64,000 nt of DNA from an uncultured Verrucomicrobiota bacterium (GCA_946533675.1 CAMNBZ010000013.1:2391-66390), one strand, 5' to 3'; positions 36,253 through 48,067 are shown, numbered from the stretch's first letter. Made by a program: numbers and translations. The notes: generated by a model from the sequence alone, not told the origin.

Positions 36253-37260
36253 ATGGCGTACGAAGTCGAGCGGCGGCAGGGCGGATGCGACATCCGGCGT
36301 CCGGCGCCCCCGCCCGTTTTTCAGGAGGACGAGGCGCGTTACGAGGATGTTGCCGCGCGCGAGGGCGGCCGTCTGCGGCTGGACGGCGGCGGGGGCGTCG
36401 GCCGGGCGGCGCCGCGTGACGAACGGGCGGGCGGCCTCTTTGCGTTTCTCGGCGGATGCGTCGCGGCGCTGGTCGCCGTGTGGGTCTACTCCGTGTCCGC
36501 GCCGTTTCTGGCCGCGGCGCTCACGCTGCACGGCTGGCGGCTGTGGGTGTCGGTTGCGCTCGCCTGCGCCCCGGCGCTTCTGGTGCTCGCGCTGCTGGCG
36601 TCCGCGCTCGTGCGGCTGCGCCGGCTGCCGCGCCTGGTCCAGCTGGAGGCGGACGCGTTCACGAACAAGGCCGAGCTGCAGCGGCTGCTGGCGGACGCGT
36701 ATCTCGCCCGGTTCCCCGATCCGGAGCGCTATGCGGCCGACAACGGCTTCGCCGGTGGCGCGGGCGACCGCGCGCGCCAGGAGGTCGTCGGCTGCCTGCG
36801 TCGGCTGCGCGGGACGGTGGCGGACAGCCGCGGCTGGCTGATCGAGTTCGCGCGCTTCCAGGAGCTGCAGGACGGCCGGGCGAAGGAGATCGTCGCGCAG
36901 GCGTGGAAGCTGGTGGCGATCAAGACGGCGGCCTCGCCGTGGAAGATCGTCGACATGCTGGCGGTCATCTACAATTCCACGGTGATGATCGTGCGGCTCG
37001 CCCGGCTGTACAACCGGCGCGTGTCGCGTCCGGCGGCGTTCCGTCTGGCGTGCCGGTGGATCGTGAACATCTACATCGCGGGCGAGATGGGGGATGCGAC
37101 GCAGGGCGCGGTGGAATGGGCGGGCGCCAACGAGCTGATCTCGGCGACGTACAAGCCGCTGGCGGGGCTTGTCGGCAAGGTGGCGGAAGGCGGGGCCAAT
37201 GCGTTCCTGGTTTATCGCCTGGGGCTCCGCGCGATGGACGCATTCCGCCCGCTTCGGTAA
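36253..37260 (+). CDS. ycjF: YcjF-family (DUF697) membrane protein
   Basis: Two N-terminal TM segments; TAASPWKIVDMLAVIYNSTVMIVRLARLY; AFLVYRLGLRAM. Confidence 0.75.
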   Translation: MAYEVERRQGGCDIRRPAPPPVFQEDEARYEDVAAREGGRLRLDGGGGVGRAAPRDERAGGLFAFLGGCVAALVAVWVYSVSAPFLAAALTLHGWRLWVSVALACAPALLVLALLASALVRLRRLPRLVQLEADAFTNKAELQRLLADAYLARFPDPERYAADNGFAGGAGDRARQEVVGCLRRLRGTVADSRGWLIEFARFQELQDGRAKEIVAQAWKLVAIKTAASPWKIVDMLAVIYNSTVMIVRLARLYNRRVSRPAAFRLACRWIVNIYIAGEMGDATQGAVEWAGANELISATYKPLAGLVGKVAEGGANAFLVYRLGLRAMDAFRPLR

Positions 37261-37365
37261 GGGGGCGGTCGTGAGGCGGCTGAGACGACTGGGCGGGCCT
37301 CCATGTACAGGCGCGGCGGGAAATGCTATAATAGGGCCGTATCCTGTAAGGGAGGACATGTGCCC

Positions 37366-39222
37366 ATGACGCATTTGACACGAACGATCTTTGGCCTCGC
37401 CGCAGTCGGTGCGGTGCTGGCCGCGCGCCCGGCGCGGGGCGACTGCCTCGACGAGCTGCTACCGCGGCCGCGCCTCGTCCAGCGCGGCGCGGCCGACGTC
37501 AACGCGACGCACGTCGCGCACGCGGGCGGCTACACGCTGACGGTGCGCGGCGGCCGTCCGTCCGTCCAGGGCGACGCGGACGGGCAGCGGTACGCGCGCG
37601 CGACGTGGGCGCAGCTTCGGGCGCTCGCGGCGGCGGACGGCGCGGCCGTCCCCGACTGCACGATCGTCGACTGGCCGCAGTTCGCGTACCGCGGCCTGCT
37701 GCTCGACTGCGGGCGCAACTACCAGAGCGTCGCGTCGATCAAGGATGTCATTTCGATGCTGGCCGCCTACAAGTTCAACGTCTTCCACTGGCACCTCACC
37801 GACAACGACGGCTGGCGGCTCGAATCGAAGAAGCATCCCGAACTTCAGAAGACGGCGGCGTTCACGCGGCAGGTCGGCCGGTTCTACACGCAGGCGGAGT
37901 TCAAGGACGTGCTCGCCTACGCGAAGGCGCGTGGCGTGACGGTCGTGCCGGAGCTCGACATGCCCGGCCACACGCGCGCGTTCCGCACGGCGACGGGCCT
38001 CGGCGATCTCGCGGACGAACGCGCGAAAATCCTCCTCGGCGAGCTGATCGATGAGCTCTGCACGCTCGCGCCGGCCGCCGACATGCCGATCATCCACCTC
38101 GGGACGGACGAGGCGCGCGAACGCGGCGAGAAGGTGCCGCAGACGCACCTCGACCACTGGGCGGGCCGGGTCGCGGCGAACGGCCGCCGCCTGATGGGCT
38201 GGAGCCCCGGCCTGAAGCTGCCGGGCCAGTCGATCAAGCAGCTCTGGATGGGCGCGAACGATCCGCGCGGCGACCGCACGCCCTACGTGGATTCGCAGAA
38301 CAGCTTCTACATCAACCACGTCGATCCCGAGGAGCTCCTGTCCGTCGCCGCGTACCAGCAGCCGTGCCGGTGGGGCGCGGCCGACGAGAAGCTCGGTGCG
38401 GAAATCTGCGTCTGGCACGACGACGCCATCGCCGACGCGGACGAGGACGTCGTGCGGATGAACGCCGTCTATCCCGCGATCGCGCTCCTGAGCGACAGTT
38501 TCTGGTGCGGCCGCGACACGGACGAGCCCTCGCTCTACGCGCGCCTGCCGCCGCCGGACGATCCGCGCTTCGCGCTCGCCGCCGACCTCGAACGGCGGCT
38601 CGTCGCCCAGCGCGACAAGGTGCTGACGCGGCCGGACCGTCCGTTCCGCCACCCGTTCCCCTACGTCGCGCAGACGGCGCTGCGCTGGCGGCTGACGGAC
38701 GAACGCGGACAGGCGCTCGCGACCGACATCCCGCAGGCGACCGTCTATCCGCGCCACTTCTGGTTTCCCGCCGGTGCGTACGTCCCGTCGGCCGACGGCG
38801 TCGTGACGCTCGAGACGTGGATCACGAGCCCGCGCGACCTCGCGTGCGGCGCGTGGATCGGCGCGACGGGCTTCTCGCGCTCTGACGGGCGCGGCCGCGA
38901 CGGCCCGACGCCGCGCCTCGGCCAGTGGAACAAGCACGGCGCGACGGTCGAACTGAACGGCGTGCCGGTCGCGCCGCCGAGGTGGGCGCATCCGGGCGTC
39001 GGCGGCAACCCGAAGGAAACGCCGCTCGCGGACGAGGACTACTGGTACCGCGCGCCGACGCCGATCCGGCTGAAGAAGGGCGTCAACCACGTGAAGCTGA
39101 CGCTGCCCAAGCGCGGCGGCTGGAAGTGGATCGGCACGTTCACGCCCCTCCTCGGCACGAGCGACCACCCCCGCGAAGTGCCGGATCTCGTCTTCTCCAG
39201 CGCGCCGCCGCACGCCGATTGA
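37366..39222 (+). CDS. Secreted GH20 beta-N-acetylhexosaminidase
   Basis: Signal peptide; YRGLLLDCGRNY, FHWHLTD, PELDMPGH, HLGTDE; GGAGG RBS supports 37366. Confidence 0.88.
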   Translation: MTHLTRTIFGLAAVGAVLAARPARGDCLDELLPRPRLVQRGAADVNATHVAHAGGYTLTVRGGRPSVQGDADGQRYARATWAQLRALAAADGAAVPDCTIVDWPQFAYRGLLLDCGRNYQSVASIKDVISMLAAYKFNVFHWHLTDNDGWRLESKKHPELQKTAAFTRQVGRFYTQAEFKDVLAYAKARGVTVVPELDMPGHTRAFRTATGLGDLADERAKILLGELIDELCTLAPAADMPIIHLGTDEARERGEKVPQTHLDHWAGRVAANGRRLMGWSPGLKLPGQSIKQLWMGANDPRGDRTPYVDSQNSFYINHVDPEELLSVAAYQQPCRWGAADEKLGAEICVWHDDAIADADEDVVRMNAVYPAIALLSDSFWCGRDTDEPSLYARLPPPDDPRFALAADLERRLVAQRDKVLTRPDRPFRHPFPYVAQTALRWRLTDERGQALATDIPQATVYPRHFWFPAGAYVPSADGVVTLETWITSPRDLACGAWIGATGFSRSDGRGRDGPTPRLGQWNKHGATVELNGVPVAPPRWAHPGVGGNPKETPLADEDYWYRAPTPIRLKKGVNHVKLTLPKRGGWKWIGTFTPLLGTSDHPREVPDLVFSSAPPHAD

Positions 39223-39298
39223 CGCGTCCGTCTTGCGCGGCGGCGGGCAATTATGATACACTTCGCGCACACAGACAAACGCCCCGGGAGGTGCGACG

Positions 39299-40906
39299 AT
39301 GATTTTGATGATTGACAACTACGACTCCTTCACCTACAACCTCGTGCAGGAGTTCGGCAAGCTCGGCGCCGACATGAAGGTCGTGAAGAACGACGAAGTG
39401 TCCGTCGACGACATCGCGGCGATGGCGCCCGCGGCCATCGTCTTTTCGCCCGGTCCCGGCAATCCCGATTCGGCGGGCGTGACGCTCGCGGCGATCCGGG
39501 CGTTCGCGGGCAAGGTTCCGCTGATGGGCGTCTGCCTCGGGCACCAGGCGATCGCGCAGGCGTTCGGCGGGCGCATCGTGGCGGCGAAGACGATCCGCCA
39601 CGGCAAGACCTCGCGTCTGCGCCACGACGGCAAGGGCCTCTTCGCGGGGCTGGACCAGGGCTTCGAGGTGATGCGCTACCATTCGCTCGCGGTGGACCGC
39701 GCGACGCTGCCCGACTGCCTCGAGATCACGGCGGAGTCGGAGGACGGCGAGATCATGGGCCTGCGGCACAGGACGCTGCCGATCGAATCGCTCCAGTACC
39801 ATCCCGAATCCATCGGCTCGTCGTGCGGCGCGCGGCAGCTGGCGAACTTTCTCGCGATGACGACGGGCCGGGCGGTGCCGAAATCCGCGACGCCGTCGCA
39901 GCGCAGGGCGATCCTGATGCGCACGCTCGAGGGCGCGACGCCGAACGAGGAGGAGGCGGAGGGTTTCTTCGCCGCGGCGATGGCGGGCGAGGTGAGCGAG
40001 CCGGAGCTGGCGGCGTTCCTGACGGCGACGGCGCGCCTTCCCGTGACGGTCGACGAGCTGACGGGCGCGGCGCGGGCGATGGCGGGCGCGGGCGTGAAGC
40101 TCCACGCGCCCGCCGGCGCGGTCGACATCGTCGGCACGGGCGGCGACGGCGCGGGCACGTTCAACGTCTCGACGACGGCGGCGTTCGTCGCGGCGGGCGC
40201 GGGCGTGACGATCGCCAAGCACGGCAACGTGGCGTCGACGTCGGCGTGCGGCTCGGCGGACGTCCTGCGCGCGCTCGGCTACAACCTGTCGGCGGACGTA
40301 CGGACGGTCGAGCGGTGCCTCGCCGAGATCGGCATCGGCTTTCTCTACGCGAAGGAGCTCCATCCCGCGATGCGCTTCGCCGCGTCGGTCCGCCGGCTGC
40401 TCGGCTTCCGGACGGTCTTCAATCTGCTCGGGCCGCTGACGAATCCGGCGGGTGCGAAGCGACACGTCATCGGTGTGCCGCAGGAGAAGCTGACGATGAT
40501 CTTCGCCGAAACGCTGCGGCGGCTCGGCGCGGTGCGCGCGTGGGTCGTCGCGGGCTCCGGCGGCGTCGACGAGGTGAGCCCCGCGAGCTTCACGTTCGTC
40601 TCGTCGCTGGAGGGCGGCGCGCTCAAGAGTTCGCTCCTGGACGCCGGGCGCGAGCTGGGCGCGCACCATCCGCTCACGGCCATCGCGGGCGGTGACGCGG
40701 AGACGAACGCGAAGTTGCTCCTGTCGGTCCTGCGCGGCGAGGAGCGCGGCGCCTACCGGGCGGCGGCGCTCGAGAACGCGGCGGCGGCGATTCTCGTCGG
40801 CGAGCGCGCGGCGACGTACGCCGAGGCGCTGGCGCAGGCGGCGGAGTCGGTCGATTCGGGCCGCGCGCTCCAGAAGCTGGACGCGCTCCTCTCCGCCGCG
40901 CGTTGA
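39299..40906 (+). CDS. trpGD: Anthranilate synthase component II / anthranilate phosphoribosyltransferase fusion
   Basis: IDNYDSFTYNL, SPGPG, GVCLGHQ, QYHPES; then DIVGTGGDG, TFNVST, KHGN, FNLLGPLTNP. Confidence 0.95.
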   Translation: MILMIDNYDSFTYNLVQEFGKLGADMKVVKNDEVSVDDIAAMAPAAIVFSPGPGNPDSAGVTLAAIRAFAGKVPLMGVCLGHQAIAQAFGGRIVAAKTIRHGKTSRLRHDGKGLFAGLDQGFEVMRYHSLAVDRATLPDCLEITAESEDGEIMGLRHRTLPIESLQYHPESIGSSCGARQLANFLAMTTGRAVPKSATPSQRRAILMRTLEGATPNEEEAEGFFAAAMAGEVSEPELAAFLTATARLPVTVDELTGAARAMAGAGVKLHAPAGAVDIVGTGGDGAGTFNVSTTAAFVAAGAGVTIAKHGNVASTSACGSADVLRALGYNLSADVRTVERCLAEIGIGFLYAKELHPAMRFAASVRRLLGFRTVFNLLGPLTNPAGAKRHVIGVPQEKLTMIFAETLRRLGAVRAWVVAGSGGVDEVSPASFTFVSSLEGGALKSSLLDAGRELGAHHPLTAIAGGDAETNAKLLLSVLRGEERGAYRAAALENAAAAILVGERAATYAEALAQAAESVDSGRALQKLDALLSAAR

Positions 40907-40984
40907 GGCTTTGCGCAAAATCCCACCTTGCGCGGCGGCGGGGGAATGTGATACAATGTGCGGCAACTGAGAAAGACGGCAACG

Positions 40985-41044
40985 ATGAACCGGACGTTTA
41001 ACGGCTACTTTTGGTGGTGGCGCCTTACTGACGAAGCGAGGTGA
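40985..41044 (+). CDS. trpL: Trp attenuator leader peptide MNRTFNGYFWWWRLTDEAR
   Basis: 19-aa ORF with three consecutive TGG codons, after a TTGCGC...TGaTACAAT promoter (40928-40957). Confidence 0.9.
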   Translation: MNRTFNGYFWWWRLTDEAR

Positions 41045-41077
41045 CGATGCGTCTGTGTCTCATGTAACCAGAGGAGG

Positions 41078-41110
41078 ACGGCCCCGCTTCAACGAGCGAG
41101 GCCGTTTTTC
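41078..41110 (+). terminator. Attenuator terminator hairpin
   Basis: ACGGCC(C)CGCT / AGCG(A)GGCCGT stem followed by TTTT, between the leader and trpC. Confidence 0.85.
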
Positions 41111-41134
41111 AATTTCAGAACCCCCAGCACAACA

Positions 41135-41946
41135 ATGACCGATCCGACAACCAGCAAACACGACAACACGCGCGACATCCTCGTCGAGCTGAGCGACGCG
41201 CGGCGCGCGGACGCGGCGGCGCGCGAGGCCGCGCGCCCCTACCGCCAGCTCCTGCGCGACATCGCGCAAACGCCCGAGCCGCGCGACTTCGCCGCGGCGT
41301 TCCGCCGGACGAAGGGCGCGCCGCGCATCATCGCGGAACTGAAGAAGGCGAGCCCGAGCGAAGGGCTCATCCGCGCGGACTTCCGCCCGGCGGCACTCGC
41401 CGCCGAACTGGCGCAGGCGGGCGCGGCGGCGCTCTCCGTCCTCTGCGAGCCGCACCGTTTCCTCGGCGACGAAGCGTACCTGCGCGCGGCGCGTGCGCAG
41501 GTGAAGCTGCCGATCCTCTACAAGGACTTCATCACGACGCGCTATCAGGTGGCGGAGGCGCGGCTCGCCGGCGCGGACGCGGTGCTCCTCATCGCGGCGG
41601 TGCTGAACGACGCCGACCTCCTCGCGCTCAAGGCCCACGCGCACCAGCTCGGCCTGAAGGCGCTCGTCGAGACGCACGACGCGCGGGAGATCCGGCGCGC
41701 GGTCGACCTCGGCTGCGAGGTGATCGGCGTCAACTGCCGCAATCTGCGCAACTTCACGACCGACACGTCGCTCATCGGCGAGCTGATCGGGCGGATTCCG
41801 TCCGGCTGCGTGCGCATCGCCGAATCGGGACTGCACACGGCCGCGGCGATCCGCGCGGCGCAGGCGGCGGGCGCGGACGGATTTCTGGTGGGCACCGCGC
41901 TCATGCGCGCGGAACGCCCGGGACTTCAACTCAAGGAGATGATGCA

Positions 41947-41950
<4 letters not shown>
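41135..41950 (+). CDS. trpC: Indole-3-glycerol phosphate synthase
   Basis: [45 protein letters not shown]. Confidence 0.95.
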
Positions 41951-43146
<1,196 letters not shown>

Positions 43147-43163
43147 AAATCACGAAAGGGAAG

Positions 43164-43934
43164 ATGACGATGAAGCAGCGAATTACAGAATCTTTTGCAC
43201 GGGCGAAGGCGGAGGGGCGCGGCGCGTTCGTCGCCTACCTGACGATGGGCTGTCCGACGCTCGACGCGAGCGAAGCGGCGGTCGACGCGCTCGTGGCGGG
43301 CGGCGCGGACGTGATCGAGCTCGGTGTGCCGTTCTCCGATCCGTTCGCGGACGGCGCGGTGATCCGCGCGGCGGCGTACCGGGCGCTCGCGAACGGCGTC
43401 ACGCTCGACGACGTCCTTGCGGCGGCGAAGCGCATCCGCGCGCGGCATCCCGATCTCGCGCTCGTCCTCTTCACCTACTACAACCTTATCTTCTCGAAGG
43501 GGCTGGAGACCTTTGCCGCGGCGGCGGCGGACGCGGGGATCGACGCCGTGCTGTCGGTCGATCTGCCGCTCGAAGAGCGCGACGAGCTCCTGTCGGCGCT
43601 TGCGCCCCACGGCCTCGCCTACGTGCCGCTCATCGCGCCGAACACGCCGATCGAGCGCGTCGTCGCGAGCGCGGACGGACTGAAGGACAGCTTCCTCTAC
43701 GTCATCACCGTCAAGGGCATCACAGGGGCGCGCGCGGAGCTGCCCGCCGACCTGACGGCGCGCCTCGACCGGATCCGCGCGGCGGTGAAGCTGCCCATCG
43801 CGGCCGGCTTCGGCATCTCGACGCGCGCGCAGGCGGACGTCGTCAGCCGCCACGCGGACGGCTTCGTCGTCGGTTCCGCGCTCGTCAAGCGCCTCGGCGA
43901 AACCGGCCGCCTCGACGGTCCCGTTCTGCCGTAG
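43164..43934 (+). CDS. trpA: Tryptophan synthase alpha chain
   Basis: IELGVPFSDPFADGAVI, LFTYYN, SVDLPLEE, GITG, AGFGIS, DGFVVGSALV. Confidence 0.96.
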   Translation: MTMKQRITESFARAKAEGRGAFVAYLTMGCPTLDASEAAVDALVAGGADVIELGVPFSDPFADGAVIRAAAYRALANGVTLDDVLAAAKRIRARHPDLALVLFTYYNLIFSKGLETFAAAAADAGIDAVLSVDLPLEERDELLSALAPHGLAYVPLIAPNTPIERVVASADGLKDSFLYVITVKGITGARAELPADLTARLDRIRAAVKLPIAAGFGISTRAQADVVSRHADGFVVGSALVKRLGETGRLDGPVLP

Positions 43935-43970
43935 GCGGCGGCCGCTCCGTTTTTTCCGGCCGTCGGGGGA

Positions 43971-44000
43971 TTGACAGGTGCAACGGCTTTGGTGTAAAAT
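43971..44000 (+). promoter_or_regulatory. sigma70-type promoter of the uptake cluster
   Basis: TTGACA-N18-TAAAAT. Confidence 0.6.
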
Positions 44001-44077
44001 AAGTAATATGCCTGAAAGGGAAAGGGCGCAAGCCTTTCCCGCCGGGCGTGTTTCGGAAAACGGAGAATAAGGATTAA

Positions 44078-45772
44078 ATGAACAGCAAGTTCCTGTCGGT
44101 GATGTGTGCCGGAGTTCTCGCAACGGGCTTCGGGCAGGAGGTGGCCGCCCCTGCAACGGTGGATGCGGTCAGTCCGTCGGACGTCGCGGCGCTCGTCGAG
44201 CGCATGGCCCGGCTGGAGGCGGCGCTGCAGTCGCCGTCCGCCGAGGTGACGGCCCTGACCGAGCGCCTGGCCGAGCTCGAGGCGACGAACCGGGCGCAGG
44301 CCGCGCGGATCGCCGAGCTGGAGGCGCAGAACAGGGCGGCGGCCGCGGCGCAGGAGCAGTATCGCAAGGAGGTGCAGGAGATTCAGGCCCTCTATCACCG
44401 CGACCTCGCGCAGGTCCAGGCCGACGTCCGCGAGGAGACGAAGAATGACATCGCGCAGGCCAAGGCTGAAGTCGCGGAAGCGACGAAGAAGGAGATCGCC
44501 GAGGCGACGGCCCTGAAGTGGGATCCGACGACGGAGCGCAGCGAATCCGGCCGCATCTTCACCACGGACATGGGCCGGAAGTACTACCTCGCCGACGTCG
44601 CGGCCGGCATCTTCCAGCCGCTCACCGAATCCGGGCTCCAGATCACGCCCTACGGCTACCTGACGTTCGAGGCCGTCCACAACACGCACAAGACGATGGC
44701 CGACATCTACACCGACTGGGTCCTGCCGCGCCGCAACGGCCGCAAGAACGGCGACCACCAGACGGTGTTCAGCATGAACGACTCGATCCTCGGCTTCAAC
44801 TTCGACGCTCCCGAGGCGCAGAACGGCTGGAAGTTCCGCGGCAAGTTCGAGTTCGACCTCGCCGGCGACGACGCCAACCATCCCGACTTCCACTTCCGCC
44901 ACCTCTATTTCGCGATGAACCACGAGGAATCGGGCTGGGACATCCTCTTCGGCCAGACGTGGCACCTCTGGAAGATGGTCACGCCCAACGAGATCGACGG
45001 CGCGTGGCTGGAGCAGACGGGCCATCCGTACCGCCGCAGCCCGCAGCTGCGCGTCACGAAGACCTTCACGTTCGACGACGAGAGCCAGCTCGACGTCCGC
45101 CTCGGCATCGTGAAGAACGGCAACGGCATGGGCGGCGACCGCGACGAGGACGAGAACCAGGACAACGCCGCGTCGGCCTGGCCGCTCTTCGAGGGCGCGG
45201 TGGTCTACGCGCGCAAGGCGGGCTGGGAGGACGCCGGCCGCCGCTGGCTCGTCGGCCTCGCCGGCATGTACGGGCGCGACAAGTCGCACCGCTTCGAGCG
45301 CGACGCGAACGACAAGATCGTGCGCCTCGACGCGAGCGACGAATACGACACGGACATGGTCATGGCCGCGCTCCAGCTGCCGTTCCTCGAGAAGTTCACG
45401 CTCACCGGCCAGCTCTTCGCCGGCGAGAACCTCGCGGGCGTCCAGGCGGGCATCGGCCAGGGCGTCGCCATGCGCGACTCCACGCGCAAGGGCCGCGAGG
45501 TCTCCACGATCGGCGGCTTCGCCGACCTGCGCTACGATCTGGACGACCGCTGGGCGTTCGCCGTCGGCTACGGCTTCGACGACCCGACGGATTCGCAGGC
45601 CCGCGACGCCGAGGACCGCACGTACAACGAGCGCGCGTACATCGACGCCTTCTACCGGTTCAACGCGAACCTGCACTTCGGTCTCGAATACGCCCGTCTG
45701 CGCACGAAATACTACCGCGACGACGACGCGGACGACGACCGCTTCCAGTTCACGGCCTACTACGATTTCTGA
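44078..45772 (+). CDS. Outer-membrane porin, DcaP-like, with N-terminal coiled coil
   Basis: Signal peptide; heptad-rich N-terminus; FEFDL, FRHLYF, FGQTW, RSPQLR motifs; terminal Phe (YYDF). Confidence 0.7.
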   Translation: MNSKFLSVMCAGVLATGFGQEVAAPATVDAVSPSDVAALVERMARLEAALQSPSAEVTALTERLAELEATNRAQAARIAELEAQNRAAAAAQEQYRKEVQEIQALYHRDLAQVQADVREETKNDIAQAKAEVAEATKKEIAEATALKWDPTTERSESGRIFTTDMGRKYYLADVAAGIFQPLTESGLQITPYGYLTFEAVHNTHKTMADIYTDWVLPRRNGRKNGDHQTVFSMNDSILGFNFDAPEAQNGWKFRGKFEFDLAGDDANHPDFHFRHLYFAMNHEESGWDILFGQTWHLWKMVTPNEIDGAWLEQTGHPYRRSPQLRVTKTFTFDDESQLDVRLGIVKNGNGMGGDRDEDENQDNAASAWPLFEGAVVYARKAGWEDAGRRWLVGLAGMYGRDKSHRFERDANDKIVRLDASDEYDTDMVMAALQLPFLEKFTLTGQLFAGENLAGVQAGIGQGVAMRDSTRKGREVSTIGGFADLRYDLDDRWAFAVGYGFDDPTDSQARDAEDRTYNERAYIDAFYRFNANLHFGLEYARLRTKYYRDDDADDDRFQFTAYYDF

Positions 45773-45784
45773 TAAGGATTTGAC

Positions 45785-47221
45785 ATGAGCGGCAAGCGTG
45801 CAAGTTGGTCGGGATCTCTGGCGTTCGTCTTGGCGGCGGCGGCGTCCGCGATCGGTCTGGGGAACCTCTGGCGGTTCCCGTATCTCGCCGCGCAGTACGG
45901 CGGCGGCATGTTCATCGCGATCTACCTCGCTCTCGTGGTCACGCTCGGCTTCACGCTGATGGTGACCGAGATCGCGGTGGGCCGCAAGACGCAGCAGTCG
46001 CCGCTGACGGCCTACGCGCTCATCCAGCGCCGGTGGGGCTTCGTGGGGCTCCTCGGGACGCTCATCCCGCTCTTCATCACGCCGTACTACTGCGTGATCG
46101 GCGGCTGGGTGCTCTACTACCTCAAGGCGTACGCGTGCATGGCGTTCACGGGCGTGAACATCATGGGCGAGGCGGCGGCGAACTCCGGCGAGGTGTTCGG
46201 CGCGCTGATCTCCGCCCCGTTCGCCCCGTTCGGCTACGGGATGCTCTTCATCCTCGCGTGCGCGGCGGTCATCGTCCTCGGCGTCAAGAACGGCATCGAG
46301 AAGTCCAACCTCGTCATGATGCCGATCCTCTTCCTCATGGCGCTGGGGCTCGCCGTCTACGTCGTCACGATTCCCGGCACGTTCGACGGCATCAAGTACT
46401 ACCTCATCCCGAACCTCGACTGCGTCTCCACGCCGGACGGCCGGTTCTCTCTGGCGCTCCTCGCCAAGACGGTCCTCGGCGCGACCGGCCAGATGTTCTA
46501 TTCGCTCTCGCTCGCGATGGGCATCATGATCACGTACGGCTCGTACATGAAGAAGACCGATTCGATCGAGCGGTGCGTGCGGCGCATCGAGGTCTTCGAC
46601 ACGCTCATCGCGTTCATCGCCGGCCTCATGATCATCCCCGTCGTCTACCTCTTCGCCGTCAAGACCGGCACGCCGGTCAAGGAGGCGATGAACGCGGGCC
46701 CGGGGCTCATGTTCGTGACGCTGCCCAAGGTGTTCGCGATGTTCGGCGCGGCGGGCGCGTGGATCGGCCTCGCGTTCTTCCTCCTCGTCCTCTTCGCGGC
46801 GGCCACGTCGGCCATCTCGCTCTACGAGGCGTGCGTCTCGTCGCTCTGCGACTTCCTGAAGCTCGAGCGCAAGACGGCCACGACGTTCATGGCGACGCTG
46901 ATCATGTTCCTGTCGTCCTTCTCGGCGCTCGGCTACGGCGCGTGGGGCCACATCAAGCTCTTCGGCATGCAGTTCCTCGACTTCTTCGACTTCTTCACGA
47001 ACTCCGTGATGATGCCGATCGTGGCGATCGCGACGTGCGTGTTCATCGGCTGGTTCACCGGCCCACGGCTCGTGATCGAGGAATGCGAGGCGGAGGGCGC
47101 GAAGTTCCGCGTCAAGCGCTTCTACTCCTTCATGGTCAAGTATCTGGCGCCGCTCCTGCTGACCGCGCTGCTCGTCTCCGAGGTCTGCCGCGCGCTGGGC
47201 ATCAAGGGCTGGAGCATCTAG
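45785..47221 (+). CDS. Sodium-dependent transporter, NSS/SNF family
   Basis: ASAIGLGNLWRFPY, QMFYSLSL, AGPGLMFVTLP. Confidence 0.93.
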   Translation: MSGKRASWSGSLAFVLAAAASAIGLGNLWRFPYLAAQYGGGMFIAIYLALVVTLGFTLMVTEIAVGRKTQQSPLTAYALIQRRWGFVGLLGTLIPLFITPYYCVIGGWVLYYLKAYACMAFTGVNIMGEAAANSGEVFGALISAPFAPFGYGMLFILACAAVIVLGVKNGIEKSNLVMMPILFLMALGLAVYVVTIPGTFDGIKYYLIPNLDCVSTPDGRFSLALLAKTVLGATGQMFYSLSLAMGIMITYGSYMKKTDSIERCVRRIEVFDTLIAFIAGLMIIPVVYLFAVKTGTPVKEAMNAGPGLMFVTLPKVFAMFGAAGAWIGLAFFLLVLFAAATSAISLYEACVSSLCDFLKLERKTATTFMATLIMFLSSFSALGYGAWGHIKLFGMQFLDFFDFFTNSVMMPIVAIATCVFIGWFTGPRLVIEECEAEGAKFRVKRFYSFMVKYLAPLLLTALLVSEVCRALGIKGWSI

Positions 47222-47308
47222 GCCGTGCCGGAACGGAGAAAAGCGATGATGCAGTTGCTGACGATTTTTAAAGGAAAAACATGGCGCCGGGCGCCAGGGA
47301 AGGTAAAC

Positions 47309-48043
47309 ATGAAAAAACTGATGATGGCCGCCGCGGCGGCGCTGGTGCTCTGCGGGTGCGCGCAGAAGGATGACAACACGCTGAGGATGATCACGGAGGC
47401 GACGTTCCCGCCGTACGAGTTCCTGCGCGGGCAGGAGATCGTCGGCATCGACGTGGAGATCTGCCGCGCCGTCGCCCAGAAGCTCGGCCAGGGCTTCAAG
47501 TGCGAGACGGTCGATTTCGATTCCGTCATCCCCGCCGTCGTCTCGGGCAAGGCGGACGTCGCCGCCGCCGGCATCACGGTGACGGAGGACCGCAAGAAGA
47601 ACGTCGACTTCTCCATCCCCTACGTGACGACGGGCATCGTCGTCATCTACAAGGTCGCCGAGCCCTACACCGGTGTCGAATCGCTCAAGGGCCGCCGGAT
47701 CGGCGTCCAGGCCGGCACCACGAGCGAGACGTTCGTCCTCGAGCAGGTCGGCCAGGAGCCGGAGCGCTCGCGCTCGCCCGCGGAGTCCGTCGCCGCCCTC
47801 AAGGCCGGCCGCGTCGACTTCGTGATCGCCGACATCGACCCCGCGAAGAACTGCGTGAAGAACGAGCCGGGCCTGGCGCTCTCCGATTTCGTCTCGAGCG
47901 AATCCTACGCCATCGCGATCCGCAAGGGACGGCCCGAGCTCCTCCAGGTCATCAACGAGACGATCGCCGAGATCAAGGCCGACGGCCGCCTCGCGGCGTG
48001 GGTGGAGCAGTACACCGCCGAGGCCGACCGGCTCAAGGACTGA
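47309..48043 (+). CDS. Polar amino-acid ABC transporter substrate-binding lipoprotein
   Basis: Lipobox LVLCGC; EATFPPYEF, GIDVEI, FSIPY; start moved to 47309. Confidence 0.9.
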   Translation: MKKLMMAAAAALVLCGCAQKDDNTLRMITEATFPPYEFLRGQEIVGIDVEICRAVAQKLGQGFKCETVDFDSVIPAVVSGKADVAAAGITVTEDRKKNVDFSIPYVTTGIVVIYKVAEPYTGVESLKGRRIGVQAGTTSETFVLEQVGQEPERSRSPAESVAALKAGRVDFVIADIDPAKNCVKNEPGLALSDFVSSESYAIAIRKGRPELLQVINETIAEIKADGRLAAWVEQYTAEADRLKD

Positions 48044-48067
48044 TCGCGCCGTCAAGGGGTTTGGATC

